Assembly (NCBI GenBank): GCA_024654445.1
Contig: JANLHP010000026.1
Span: 16,733-80,732 of the forward strand
Length of the DNA: 64,000 nucleotides
DNA from: Candidatus Curtissbacteria bacterium
GTDB lineage: Bacteria > Patescibacteriota > Microgenomatia > Curtissbacterales > GWA2-41-24
Direction of reading: 5' to 3'
Positions 9,060-18,597 of the stretch are shown here, piece after piece. The stretch's first letter is position 1; each line of letters begins with the position of its first letter. The translations under genes were made by a program, and so were the position numbers. The notes below the pieces were generated by a model. It was not told where the DNA came from. It was given only the letters and a program-made list of their open reading frames with translations, and made no database searches.

Positions 9060-9985
9060 AAAATATTAAAAGGACAGTAACTATTGGTATACCTGCTCAT
9101 AATGAAGAGAACAATATTGGGCTCTTGCTCGAGTCGATCTTAAGACAAAGACAAGGAAGCTATAAGCTCGAAAAAATTATTGTTGTGTGTGATGGCTGTC
9201 GCGACAAAACGGCAAAAATTGTGCGCCAATTTTCAAAATCAAATAAAGCGATCCTGCTCGTGAACGATGGAAAAAGATTAGGCAAAGGAGAAAGAATAAA
9301 CCAACTTTTCCAAATTACAAATTCTGACATTTTTATTAATTTTGACGCCGATATTACCTTGCCTGACACAGAGACCATAGCCAAGATGGTTAAGGGACTA
9401 TCCGATCCCAAAGTTGGGATTGTCAACGTAAAAAATACACCACTGGCACCCACCACATTGACAGAAAAATTAGCTAACGTTTATGAATGTTTTTGGTATG
9501 AAGTTACCAGAAATATCAATGACGGTAATAATGTTCACAATAGTACAGGAACTGCGTATGCGATTAGAAAAGAACTTTTTAAGAAGGTAACTTTGGAGCA
9601 TTGGGCAGTTGCGGAAGATCACTACTTATATTTTGAATGCGTCAAAAATGGGTTCACATTTAAATTTATTAAAAGTACAGAGGTCTTCTATAGACTTCCG
9701 AATAACCTCTCCGATTACATAAAACAGCAATCAAGATGGACCCTATCAAAGAAAAAGTTGGAAGATAATCTTGAGGATTGGACAAGCAAACACTACAGCA
9801 TCCCCAGAAACACGAAATATAAAGCTTATATGTACATGTTCTTAAAGCAGCCGATAATGATGCCTCTTGCAACTGTAATCCAATTGCTTATGAGGATTTA
9901 TAAATTTAGATATGTTAATTCTAACAATCCCGCTTGGGAGCCTATAAAGTCCTCGAAGAGAATGAACCTTACCACACTAAGATGA
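9056..9985 (+). CDS. GT2 glycosyltransferase (paralog 1 of 5)
   Basis: IGIPAHNEE, DGCRD, FDAD, AED, QQSRW. Confidence 0.88.
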   Translation: MKNIKRTVTIGIPAHNEENNIGLLLESILRQRQGSYKLEKIIVVCDGCRDKTAKIVRQFSKSNKAILLVNDGKRLGKGERINQLFQITNSDIFINFDADITLPDTETIAKMVKGLSDPKVGIVNVKNTPLAPTTLTEKLANVYECFWYEVTRNINDGNNVHNSTGTAYAIRKELFKKVTLEHWAVAEDHYLYFECVKNGFTFKFIKSTEVFYRLPNNLSDYIKQQSRWTLSKKKLEDNLEDWTSKHYSIPRNTKYKAYMYMFLKQPIMMPLATVIQLLMRIYKFRYVNSNNPAWEPIKSSKRMNLTTLR

Positions 9986-10881
9986 AACAATTAAAGAATA
10001 TTTCCATAGGTATATCAGCTTATAACGAAGGCAAGAATATTAAAAAATTGCTCGATGAGATCTTAAATCAAGAAAAGAATAGGTGGCGTCTTAGCGAGAT
10101 TCTTATCTATTGTGACGGATGTTCTGACAATACCATAAATCAGGCGCAAACCGTAAAAAACAGCCTGATCAAAATTATAGACGGTAAAAAAAGAATGGGT
10201 AAAACTTACAGATTAAAACAAATGTTCGAACAATTTTCAGGCGAAATTTTAATCATGTTCGATGGAGACATAGAACTTGGCGACAAAAACGTTGTTACGA
10301 ATTTAATTAAGCCATTTCGAAACAAAAACGTAATGCTTGTCGGCGGAAACTCGAAACCGTTTACACCCAGAACATTTTTCGAAAGATCTGTTTACTCAAC
10401 CTTTTCCGTCTTTTACGACTCAAGGCTAAAGATAAACGGCGGCAATAACATATTTGGTTGCACCGGCTCTGTCTTAGCAACTCGCGGCAATTTCGCAAAA
10501 TCATTAAACCTTCCAGATTTAATTAATGAAGACGCCTACATTTATCTAAAATGTCTCTCCAGAGGATTCCAATTTAAGTACGTCGACAAAGCAATTGTCT
10601 ATTATAAATTGCCGACAAATTTAAAAGATTATCTCAGACAACTTTTCAGGTCAGACCCCAGAGCCGTCACAGAAGAACTAGAAACCTATTTTGGGCAGCT
10701 TGTAGAAAGTGAATTTAATCGTCCTCCCAAATTCTATATAAGGGCAGTCGCCAAAGCACTTTTGAAAAATCCAACAGGAGCAAGCTTCATAGCAATAGTA
10801 AACGTCCTTTGCAAACCGTTTATTAAAAAAATATCGAAAAATTATAAACTGACATGGTTTACGGCAATCTCAACCCATTAA
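9982..10881 (+). CDS. GT2 glycosyltransferase (paralog 2 of 5)
   Basis: IGISAYNE, DGCSD, FDGD, NED. Start reassigned to ATG 9982 (ATGA overlap). Confidence 0.88.
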   Translation: MKQLKNISIGISAYNEGKNIKKLLDEILNQEKNRWRLSEILIYCDGCSDNTINQAQTVKNSLIKIIDGKKRMGKTYRLKQMFEQFSGEILIMFDGDIELGDKNVVTNLIKPFRNKNVMLVGGNSKPFTPRTFFERSVYSTFSVFYDSRLKINGGNNIFGCTGSVLATRGNFAKSLNLPDLINEDAYIYLKCLSRGFQFKYVDKAIVYYKLPTNLKDYLRQLFRSDPRAVTEELETYFGQLVESEFNRPPKFYIRAVAKALLKNPTGASFIAIVNVLCKPFIKKISKNYKLTWFTAISTH

Positions 10882-10883
10882 AA

Positions 10884-12713
10884 ATGAAAATCCAAAATCT
10901 TTCGACTCAAAATATGATAAAAGGCCAAATTGGCAGCCTACTTAACAGGTGGCTCTTCCGCGGCAGCAAAAATGTTAAAAGAGTAACGATAAAAGTAGAG
11001 GGCGGAAGAAAAGTATTTATTAAACAACACACATTTAAATTCAAAGATATGGATTACTACTACTTGGTAAACGAGGCAAATGTAATTAAAACTTTAAACA
11101 AAGCAAAACATACTATAAAAGACAGAGTACATTTTCCAAAGTTTGTGGACTTTGTGGAAGAAGAAAACAAGGTCACGCTTAAAACGGAATACGAGGGAGG
11201 CAGAAAGCTAAGCGAGCTTACCTCCAAGCAAAGATTAGAAATACTGGAAGAATGCCTTCATTCAATCTGGACGACTTCTGCAAAGTTAAGAGACAAAAAA
11301 CTAAGTTATGTTGCTAAAAGAACAAATAACTCGTTTTTTGCCTTCCTTCCTTATTATATTGTGAGAGCTTTTTCAAAAGATTTAAAAAACTACTCGACTT
11401 ACTTTGGGTTAATATTCAAGTTTTACAAATACTATTTAGCCAGCTACTTTATTAACAATATCCCAACTCTAACACATAGAGACCTTGATCCTGATAACAT
11501 AAAAATTTCAAGAAACGGGGAAATATCAATTTACGATTGGGAGAATGCTGTAATGAGCGATAAACTTTTCGACCTTGCGTCGATTTGTGAAATTTACTCA
11601 AATGAAATTAAAAACGATCATCTTTCAAGGATGCTCCGAAACACACTCGAGACTAAATCTGAGATTGACAGACTTTTGGCTCTTTCCATTTTTAGCTCGA
11701 CCCAAAAACTGGCACTTTACCCTAAAAGGTCCAAGTCTTATAAAAACGCAAAGATTAATTTGGCGAATCTAGAAACTATTAAAAACAATTTAACGAGAGA
11801 CAAAAGAACGTTATTTGAAATCGTTAATTCTCTAACCCTTAACATTCTAAGCTTTACGTACCAAAAGATATCGCCCGAAAAAATCAAAAGCAGCAAAAAA
11901 ACCGTTTTATGCTATCACTCGATAAGTAATTCGTCTTGGAGATATTCAATGAGGAAAACAGATTTTGCAAGACAAATAGAATTTCTTAGAAAGAACTATA
12001 ATTTGGTGTCTCTCCCAACTCTGCTTGATAAAAGAACAAAAAGGGGTATCGCGATAACTTTCGATGACGGATACGCTGACGTTTATGAAAATGCCCTTCC
12101 GGTTCTCAAGGCTTATAAAGTTCCAGCTACAATTTTCGTCCTTGGTGATAGAGAGCACCCAAATAGAAAGGAACTTGATAATAACGAAAAACTTATGACA
12201 ATCTCGCAAATAAAAGAACTTCACGCCAAGGGGTGGGAAGTAGGCTTTCATACAAAAACACACTCAAAACTAGGCGATTTATCAGACCACGAGCTAAAAG
12301 CAGAGATTATTGATGGGAAAAGAGAACTCGAAAATAAACTTGGCTTTACCATGAAATATTTCGCGTACCCATTCGGAATTTATTCAAGAGAAATCATAAA
12401 CGCTGTCAAATCAGCCAGGTTTGAAGCTGCCTTTACAGTCGATGGGTCAGAAATAAAACATGGAAACAATCTCCTTATAAGTAGGGTGCCGACAGAGGGT
12501 GATCTTAGTGTCAACCAATTTGCAGCACTCATCTCGCCCATCGGGCTTATAATTAACCAGATTTTCATGTCAACTCTTAAGACAAAAGCCAAAACAACCA
12601 AGAAAATTTCGTGTATAATTTCCAGCGATCGCTGGAAATTACATCAGGCGAGCGAAGCGAGAGCTGATATAATAACTGACTTGAAAACACAATTTAAAAA
12701 AGAAAAAAATTGA
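10884..12713 (+). CDS. Fusion of APH/choline-kinase-like phosphotransferase and NodB-type (CE4) polysaccharide deacetylase
   Basis: Kinase motifs VFIK, THRDLDPDNI, IYDWE, FDLA; deacetylase motifs LCYHSI, ITFDDGY, GFHTKTH, FAYPFG. Start reassigned to ATG 10884. Confidence 0.82.
   Translation: MKIQNLSTQNMIKGQIGSLLNRWLFRGSKNVKRVTIKVEGGRKVFIKQHTFKFKDMDYYYLVNEANVIKTLNKAKHTIKDRVHFPKFVDFVEEENKVTLKTEYEGGRKLSELTSKQRLEILEECLHSIWTTSAKLRDKKLSYVAKRTNNSFFAFLPYYIVRAFSKDLKNYSTYFGLIFKFYKYYLASYFINNIPTLTHRDLDPDNIKISRNGEISIYDWENAVMSDKLFDLASICEIYSNEIKNDHLSRMLRNTLETKSEIDRLLALSIFSSTQKLALYPKRSKSYKNAKINLANLETIKNNLTRDKRTLFEIVNSLTLNILSFTYQKISPEKIKSSKKTVLCYHSISNSSWRYSMRKTDFARQIEFLRKNYNLVSLPTLLDKRTKRGIAITFDDGYADVYENALPVLKAYKVPATIFVLGDREHPNRKELDNNEKLMTISQIKELHAKGWEVGFHTKTHSKLGDLSDHELKAEIIDGKRELENKLGFTMKYFAYPFGIYSREIINAVKSARFEAAFTVDGSEIKHGNNLLISRVPTEGDLSVNQFAALISPIGLIINQIFMSTLKTKAKTTKKISCIISSDRWKLHQASEARADIITDLKTQFKKEKN
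12611..12676. repeat. Palindromic element (family C) inside the 3' end of the deacetylase ORF
   Basis: Perfect 26-bp palindrome TAATTTCCAGCGATCGCTGGAAATTA (12616-12641), then CATCAG-GCGAGCGAAGCGAGA-GCTGATATAA. Shares GTGTATA...CATCAG...GCTGATATA with 22989-23035. Confidence 0.7.
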
Positions 12714-12722
12714 GGTTGATAT

Positions 12723-14006
12723 ATGAACGCTAAAGGGTTAAAGCAATACAAAATAGGCATAGTAGGGACGGGCTTCGTCGCTCGAGGCCTCATGTTCTCT
12801 CTTAAATATCATCCAGAGTTGGAACTTGGTGGAGTACTTACAAGACGATCCATATCCCGGCTTGATGTTCCCGCCGCAAAAAAACTCATTACTCACGACA
12901 TTAACAAGTTGATCAAAAACTGCGACCTCATTGTCGAATGTAGCGGAGACGCTGTTCATGGAACAGATGTTGCAGAAGCAGTTTTAAAAGCAGGACTTCC
13001 AGTTGTCACCATGAACCCGGAATTGCAAATCACAACGGGCTCGATTCTTTGCCAAATGGGTACATTTATAGAAGCAGAAGGCGACCAACCTGGAACGATT
13101 GCTGCTCTTGATAATGAAGTCAGGAGCATGGGTTTCAAGCCGATCGTTTACGGGAATATTAAAAGATTTCTCAACCTAAGTCCAACAGAGGAAGAGATGG
13201 AATACTGGTCCAAAAGACAAGGAATTAGTATGGATCAGGTTACGGCTTTCACAGACGGAAGTAAGGTACAAATTGAACAGGCACTTGTCGCAAACGGTCT
13301 TGGAGCAACAATTGCAAATAGAGGACTCCTTGGAATTCCTTGTAAAGATTTAGAAGATGGCGCCCAAAGACTTGGAGAAGTCGCCGACGAAATCGGCAAA
13401 CCTATTAGCGATTATGTTCTTTCCCCCACATCACCCGCCGGAGTTTTCATTGTCGCCAAGCACGATCGCGAACAGCAACCATACCTTGAATATTTAAAAC
13501 TTGGCCCTGGGCCCAACTACGTCTTATTAAAACCATACCACCTTGTTCATCTGGAAATACTAAAGACCTTAACCAATGTATTAAAAGGCGACAGATCCTA
13601 CAAATTTAATAATGGTACAAATCCAACGGCGCAAGTTGTCGCAATTACCAAAAGAAAAATAGAAGCGGGGGAAACAGTCGGAAGGGGCCTAGGAAGTTTT
13701 GACATTCGCGGAGAAGCGGTAAAGATTGAAAACTATCCTGATTGTGTTCCAATCGGATTGATGCAAGACGTTAAATTTGTAAAAACGGTAGACGAAGGAC
13801 AGATTGTAAAATTCTCGGACGTAGAGCTTCCAAAGACAAGAGCGCTGGATCTGTGGAAGCTGATACTTGAGAATCAAAAAAATAAATCAGAAACTAAGAA
13901 AAAAATCTCAAGAATAAACGTTAGTCCCCGATCAAATGGAAAGAGAACTCCGAAAATTAACTTCTCCGTTACAAATTTACGAATCCAAAACAAAAGAAAA
14001 AAATGA
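12723..14006 (+). CDS. Homoserine-dehydrogenase-like NAD(P)-dependent oxidoreductase with C-terminal SAF domain
   Basis: IGIVGTGFVA Rossmann motif, AEGDQPG, FTDGSKVQIEQALVAN, KPYHL, C-terminal VVAITKRKIEAGE...VPIGL..DVELP (SAF). Confidence 0.82.
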   Translation: MNAKGLKQYKIGIVGTGFVARGLMFSLKYHPELELGGVLTRRSISRLDVPAAKKLITHDINKLIKNCDLIVECSGDAVHGTDVAEAVLKAGLPVVTMNPELQITTGSILCQMGTFIEAEGDQPGTIAALDNEVRSMGFKPIVYGNIKRFLNLSPTEEEMEYWSKRQGISMDQVTAFTDGSKVQIEQALVANGLGATIANRGLLGIPCKDLEDGAQRLGEVADEIGKPISDYVLSPTSPAGVFIVAKHDREQQPYLEYLKLGPGPNYVLLKPYHLVHLEILKTLTNVLKGDRSYKFNNGTNPTAQVVAITKRKIEAGETVGRGLGSFDIRGEAVKIENYPDCVPIGLMQDVKFVKTVDEGQIVKFSDVELPKTRALDLWKLILENQKNKSETKKKISRINVSPRSNGKRTPKINFSVTNLRIQNKRKK

Positions 14007-14935
14007 AACGAATTACATTGACTATCGGTATCCCTGCTTATAACGAACAAGAGAATATTTCCAGCCTCCTGGATTCGATTAGTGCCCAAAAACAGAAGTC
14101 TTACAAAGTTGAAAAAATTATAATTGTCGCCGACGGATGCACAGATTCAACTGAAGACATTATAAAAAAACGTATGAAATCAAATAAGCTAATTAATTTA
14201 ATGGTCGGAGCGAAAAGAGAAGGGAAAGCAAAAGCGTTAAATATAATTTATAAAAACAGCCAAAGCGACCTTCTTTTAACAATAGACGCGGACCTTATCT
14301 TTGTAGGGAATAATTCAATCGAAGAAATGGTAAAAACGATCAAACGTAATCCTAAAACAAATTTAGTCGGCCCCCGACACGTACCGGTACGGCCTAAATC
14401 ATTAATGGGAAAATTCGCGTACGTTTCATATTTAAGTTTTGAAGACGCTTTTTTGAAATTAAACAACGGCAATAATTTTTACGCAATGATGGCAACTGGT
14501 CTTATTAGAAAAGACTTTTATAAAACGTTCACCTACCCAGAAGGCACAATATCGGATCAATGCTATCTTTACGTATCAGCAACAAGAAACAACAAATACG
14601 GGTTCAAGCTGTCAAAAAATGCCCACGTGATGTTCAGAACAGTCAGCACCTTTGAAGATTGGAGAATTCTTGGGGTAAGGTCTGTAATTATGGACAAAGA
14701 AAATGTTGCAGGCTATTTTGGTCGGGACATCTTAAGCGAATTCAGTATACCTAAAAAACTATTTTTTACGTCTCTTTTAAAGTGGCTCATAAAGAGCCCG
14801 ATTTATACGACAGGTTCAATATTGATGAACATCTATATTCGTAAGTTTCCAAAACGAGAACTTATGCCTAAAAACGGGATGTGGGAACTCGCAAAATCAT
14901 CCAAAAAGAATATCCGATTAACAAAAACAATATGA
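14003..14935 (+). CDS. GT2 glycosyltransferase (paralog 3 of 5)
   Basis: IGIPAYNE, DGCTDST, IDAD. Confidence 0.88.
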   Translation: MKRITLTIGIPAYNEQENISSLLDSISAQKQKSYKVEKIIIVADGCTDSTEDIIKKRMKSNKLINLMVGAKREGKAKALNIIYKNSQSDLLLTIDADLIFVGNNSIEEMVKTIKRNPKTNLVGPRHVPVRPKSLMGKFAYVSYLSFEDAFLKLNNGNNFYAMMATGLIRKDFYKTFTYPEGTISDQCYLYVSATRNNKYGFKLSKNAHVMFRTVSTFEDWRILGVRSVIMDKENVAGYFGRDILSEFSIPKKLFFTSLLKWLIKSPIYTTGSILMNIYIRKFPKRELMPKNGMWELAKSSKKNIRLTKTI

Positions 14936-16053
14936 AAATTTGTTTTATAGGTACATATGATAAGAATTACACTGGCAACAAAATTGTCTTAGAGGGGCTT
15001 TTGCGAAACAAAGTAAAAGTTTCAGAAGTCAACGCCGAAGTGAAATTGACCAGACTCGATAGCAAAAAAGATATGACTTGGATGAATATGGCCAAAAGGC
15101 TTGCCAAAAAATACAGATTCGCAGTCGTTGTCGGCAAAAACATAGACAAGATTAAAAACTCAGACATCTTTTACGTCGGATACCCAGGACACATGGATGT
15201 CCTCCTTGTTTATCCGCTTGCAAAAACATTCAACAAGAAAATTGCCTTCGCACCAGTAATAAGTTTCTATAGCGGTTTTTCAGACGAGCAAGGAATCCTC
15301 AACAAAGGATCTGTAATGGCAACAATATCAAAATATGGAGAGACATTAGTCTACAAATGTGTGGATCTTGTTTTGCCAGACACACCGTATCAAAAAGAGT
15401 TCTTTCAAAAAACCTTTAATATTCCAGAGCGAAAATTAAGGGTTCTACCTATAGGCGCAGACGATAAATATTACAAACATACTCCTTATAAAAATAAGTC
15501 TAAAAAAATCAACGTTGTCTACTATGGACTCTACAGTCCGATCCATGGCGTAGAATACATCATAGAGGCTGCCAACCTTCTTAAGAACGACCGCGACATC
15601 AAATTTACATTTGTAGGACAAGGAAATACGTTTGAAGAAAATTACAACCGAGCCCAAAAATTACACCTCGAAAATGTAGAATTTTTCCACGATATCCCAG
15701 TCGAAGAACATCCGGCGATTATAGAAAAAGCCGACATATTTTTAGGCTTCTTAGAAAAGCACCCGACGGTAGAAAGAGTCATACCGAATAAGGTCTATCA
15801 AGGCCTTGCGCTTGGCAAAGTTGTAGTAACTACAGACGTTCCCGTAATAAGAAGCATATTTACTCATAAAGAAAACATGTACTTCACAAAACCGGCCAGC
15901 GCAGAAGAATTGGCAAAAGCAATTAAAGAATTAAAAGAGAAACCTGTGCTAAGAAAGAAAATCGCAGACAACGGATACGCGCTTTTCAAGAAAAAATTTA
16001 CCCCAAAGGCAGTTGGGAATCAGCTACTACACTTCATGGAGGAGGTAATATAA
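14932..16053 (+). CDS. GT4 glycosyltransferase
   Basis: YYGLYSPIHGVE, IPNKVYQGLALGKVVVTTD. Start reassigned to ATG 14932 (ATGA overlap). Confidence 0.88.
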   Translation: MKICFIGTYDKNYTGNKIVLEGLLRNKVKVSEVNAEVKLTRLDSKKDMTWMNMAKRLAKKYRFAVVVGKNIDKIKNSDIFYVGYPGHMDVLLVYPLAKTFNKKIAFAPVISFYSGFSDEQGILNKGSVMATISKYGETLVYKCVDLVLPDTPYQKEFFQKTFNIPERKLRVLPIGADDKYYKHTPYKNKSKKINVVYYGLYSPIHGVEYIIEAANLLKNDRDIKFTFVGQGNTFEENYNRAQKLHLENVEFFHDIPVEEHPAIIEKADIFLGFLEKHPTVERVIPNKVYQGLALGKVVVTTDVPVIRSIFTHKENMYFTKPASAEELAKAIKELKEKPVLRKKIADNGYALFKKKFTPKAVGNQLLHFMEEVI

Positions 16054-16701
16054 ATGGAAAGGGCTCTAAGGTTTACAACACTTATACCAACTGGTTTTGA
16101 GGAATTAACACTAGACTCTTTGATCTCCAGCGGAATCCAGACAGCTTACAAAATTCTCCATTTTGTTGCGCATGCAAGAGTGATGTTCCTAAGCTTATTT
16201 CTAAAATCTGTCGGCTACAACGTTTCTATACAAAAAGATTGTACGTTTGCAAACCCAAGGTCTATCGAGATCGGCAACCAAGTGTTTATCAACTTTGGCG
16301 TTAAATTCTTAAACACTCAGGAGGCTGGAGTAAAAATTGGCAACTTTGTAAACATTGGCCCGAAAGTGACGTTTATAACTGCAAACTATTTATTCAACGA
16401 TTGGATATACCCAATGAACTACAAGTCTCAACTAATTCATAGTCCCATCGAAGTTGCTGACGACGTCTGGATTGGAGCAAACGCGACTATCCTGCCAGGA
16501 GTAAAAATTGGAAGGGGAGCAGTAGTCGGTGCTGGAGCAGTAGTTACTAAAAATGTTCCGCCATATGCAATTGTAGGGGGAGTACCAGCGAAGGTAATCA
16601 AACACCGCTTTGATAAAGAGACAATAGAAGAAGCGATTAAAGTTGACTTCACGCCATTCTACAAAAAAGTTCCCAAAGATCACATTAGGCGAATAGACTA
16701 A
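16054..16701 (+). CDS. Left-handed beta-helix (hexapeptide) acyl/acetyltransferase
   Basis: [52 protein letters not shown]. Confidence 0.9.
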   Translation: MERALRFTTLIPTGFEELTLDSLISSGIQTAYKILHFVAHARVMFLSLFLKSVGYNVSIQKDCTFANPRSIEIGNQVFINFGVKFLNTQEAGVKIGNFVNIGPKVTFITANYLFNDWIYPMNYKSQLIHSPIEVADDVWIGANATILPGVKIGRGAVVGAGAVVTKNVPPYAIVGGVPAKVIKHRFDKETIEEAIKVDFTPFYKKVPKDHIRRID

Positions 16702-16731
16702 TTTTAATCAAATTACAAAAAGGAGATTCTA

Positions 16732-17634
16732 ATGAAAAAATCTACTGTTAGTTTAGGCATACCGGCATATAACGAAGAAAAAAATATTAAGCCACTATTA
16801 AAATCGCTTCTTGAGCAAAAGCTTACAAAGGTCAAGCTGAATGAGATTATCATCATTTCTGACGGAAGTACGGATGGAACAATCGAAGAAGCGCAATCAT
16901 TAAAAAGTCGCTATCTCAAAATAATTAAACATAAAAAAAGATCAGGCAGCAGGGCGATTCAGAATGAAATCGTAAATCGCGCAAATGCTAACGTACTCAT
17001 AATTTTAAATGCAGACGTTCTTCCGGTTGGGAGAAATTTTATAGAAGAAATCACAGCGCCTATTTTAAGGAATTCAAAAGTGGGCTTAGTTGGTGCAGAC
17101 ACAATAAGCGCAAGTCCTAAAACGTGGGTCGAAAAAATTATCGCAACTAGCCATGAGCTTAAAAAAGAGATTTATAAAAAAATAAACAAAGGGAGCAATG
17201 TTTATCTATGCCATGGAAGAGCAAGAGCCTTTTCGCGAGACTTTTACTCACAAATAAAATGGCCCGACGATTGCCCCGAAGATCCATACTCATATTTTTT
17301 ATGTATTAAAAACGGATTCAAATTTGTCTTTGCGCCAAAAGCAAAAGTCCTGTTTCGGTCCCCTGCAACTTTTAAGGATCATTTAAAACAAAGCAGCCGA
17401 TTTTTTGAAGGCAAAGAAAAGCTTAAATTACATTTCGACAAACAATTGGTCGAACAAGAGTACCAAATACCCACATTTAAAAGGCTAAGAGCAGTAGTTA
17501 AATTTATGTTTATTTCACCCATAATTACGACGATATATTTAATAATTTACCACTACATTAAATTCTTCAGTCCCATAATTGGCGTTGACCAAGCAAAGTG
17601 GGAAGTTTCAACGAGTACAAAAGATGTAATCTAA
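16732..17634 (+). CDS. GT2 glycosyltransferase (paralog 4 of 5)
   Basis: LGIPAYNEE, SDGSTDGT, NAD (variant DxD), PED, QSSRF. Confidence 0.88.
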   Translation: MKKSTVSLGIPAYNEEKNIKPLLKSLLEQKLTKVKLNEIIIISDGSTDGTIEEAQSLKSRYLKIIKHKKRSGSRAIQNEIVNRANANVLIILNADVLPVGRNFIEEITAPILRNSKVGLVGADTISASPKTWVEKIIATSHELKKEIYKKINKGSNVYLCHGRARAFSRDFYSQIKWPDDCPEDPYSYFLCIKNGFKFVFAPKAKVLFRSPATFKDHLKQSSRFFEGKEKLKLHFDKQLVEQEYQIPTFKRLRAVVKFMFISPIITTIYLIIYHYIKFFSPIIGVDQAKWEVSTSTKDVI

Positions 17635-18555
17635 ATGAAAAAACCAGCTGTAACAATTGCCGTCTGCGCGTATAACGAGGAAGAAAATATTGCTAATTTT
17701 TTAAAATCCGTCGCAAAACAAAAGGAAGACGGTTTTGTAATCACGAAAATAATTGTTCATTCGGACGGATCGACGGATAAAACACCACAAATCGTAAAAT
17801 CGCTCAACATACCTAAAGTTCACCTCTTTGAACACAAAACAAGAACAGGAAAGTCAACTCACCTCAACCAAATATATAAAGATCTCGACACAGACTTTCT
17901 TGTTCAAACCGATGCTGACGTTATTTTTGCTCATGAATTTGTAACCAGGGATATGATCAAGCCTTTAATGAAAGATAAAACGGTTGGCATGTGCGGAGGC
18001 AATCCTGAACCGATCTCTGGAAATTCATATTGGGAAAAAGTGTGCAAAGTGGCTTTTGAACCTTATCAGCAATTCCGTAACGAAGTAAGAGGTGGCGATA
18101 ACGCATTTTCTGCAATAGGCCAAATCCTTTCTTATCGAAGAGAACTCGTAAAACAGATTAGCATCCCTTCAGACATGGTTACAAATGATATCTTTACTTA
18201 TTTCTGCTGCCTAAAGGCGGGTCTCAAATACAAGTTTGTCAAAAGCGGAACTGTTTATTATCGGGCACCCAAAAACCTGGCAGATATTGTAAAACAGAAC
18301 ACGCGTTTCAAAGTCGGCCATCAAAGAATGTATGAAATGTTTGATTCCGATATGGTCACAAAAGAATTAAGTGTGCCAAACTTAGCTCTTTATACAAAAT
18401 TATTACAACAAGTGGCAAAGCATCCTTTAAAATCGACAATATATTATTTAATCAACGTCTACTGCAAATTTAAGACTAGAAGCGATCGTAAAAAGCTTGA
18501 CGCCAAATGGCCTATTGCTAAAAGCACAAAACTCCTAAGTCGAAATCAGCTTTAA
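17635..18555 (+). CDS. GT2 glycosyltransferase (paralog 5 of 5)
   Basis: AVCAYNEE, SDGSTDKT, TDAD, TND, QNTRF. Confidence 0.88.
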   Translation: MKKPAVTIAVCAYNEEENIANFLKSVAKQKEDGFVITKIIVHSDGSTDKTPQIVKSLNIPKVHLFEHKTRTGKSTHLNQIYKDLDTDFLVQTDADVIFAHEFVTRDMIKPLMKDKTVGMCGGNPEPISGNSYWEKVCKVAFEPYQQFRNEVRGGDNAFSAIGQILSYRRELVKQISIPSDMVTNDIFTYFCCLKAGLKYKFVKSGTVYYRAPKNLADIVKQNTRFKVGHQRMYEMFDSDMVTKELSVPNLALYTKLLQQVAKHPLKSTIYYLINVYCKFKTRSDRKKLDAKWPIAKSTKLLSRNQL

Positions 18556-18597
18556 GGGTCTTGCAAAGACGTTGTCCTTGGTGCAAAGTAAAATAGA

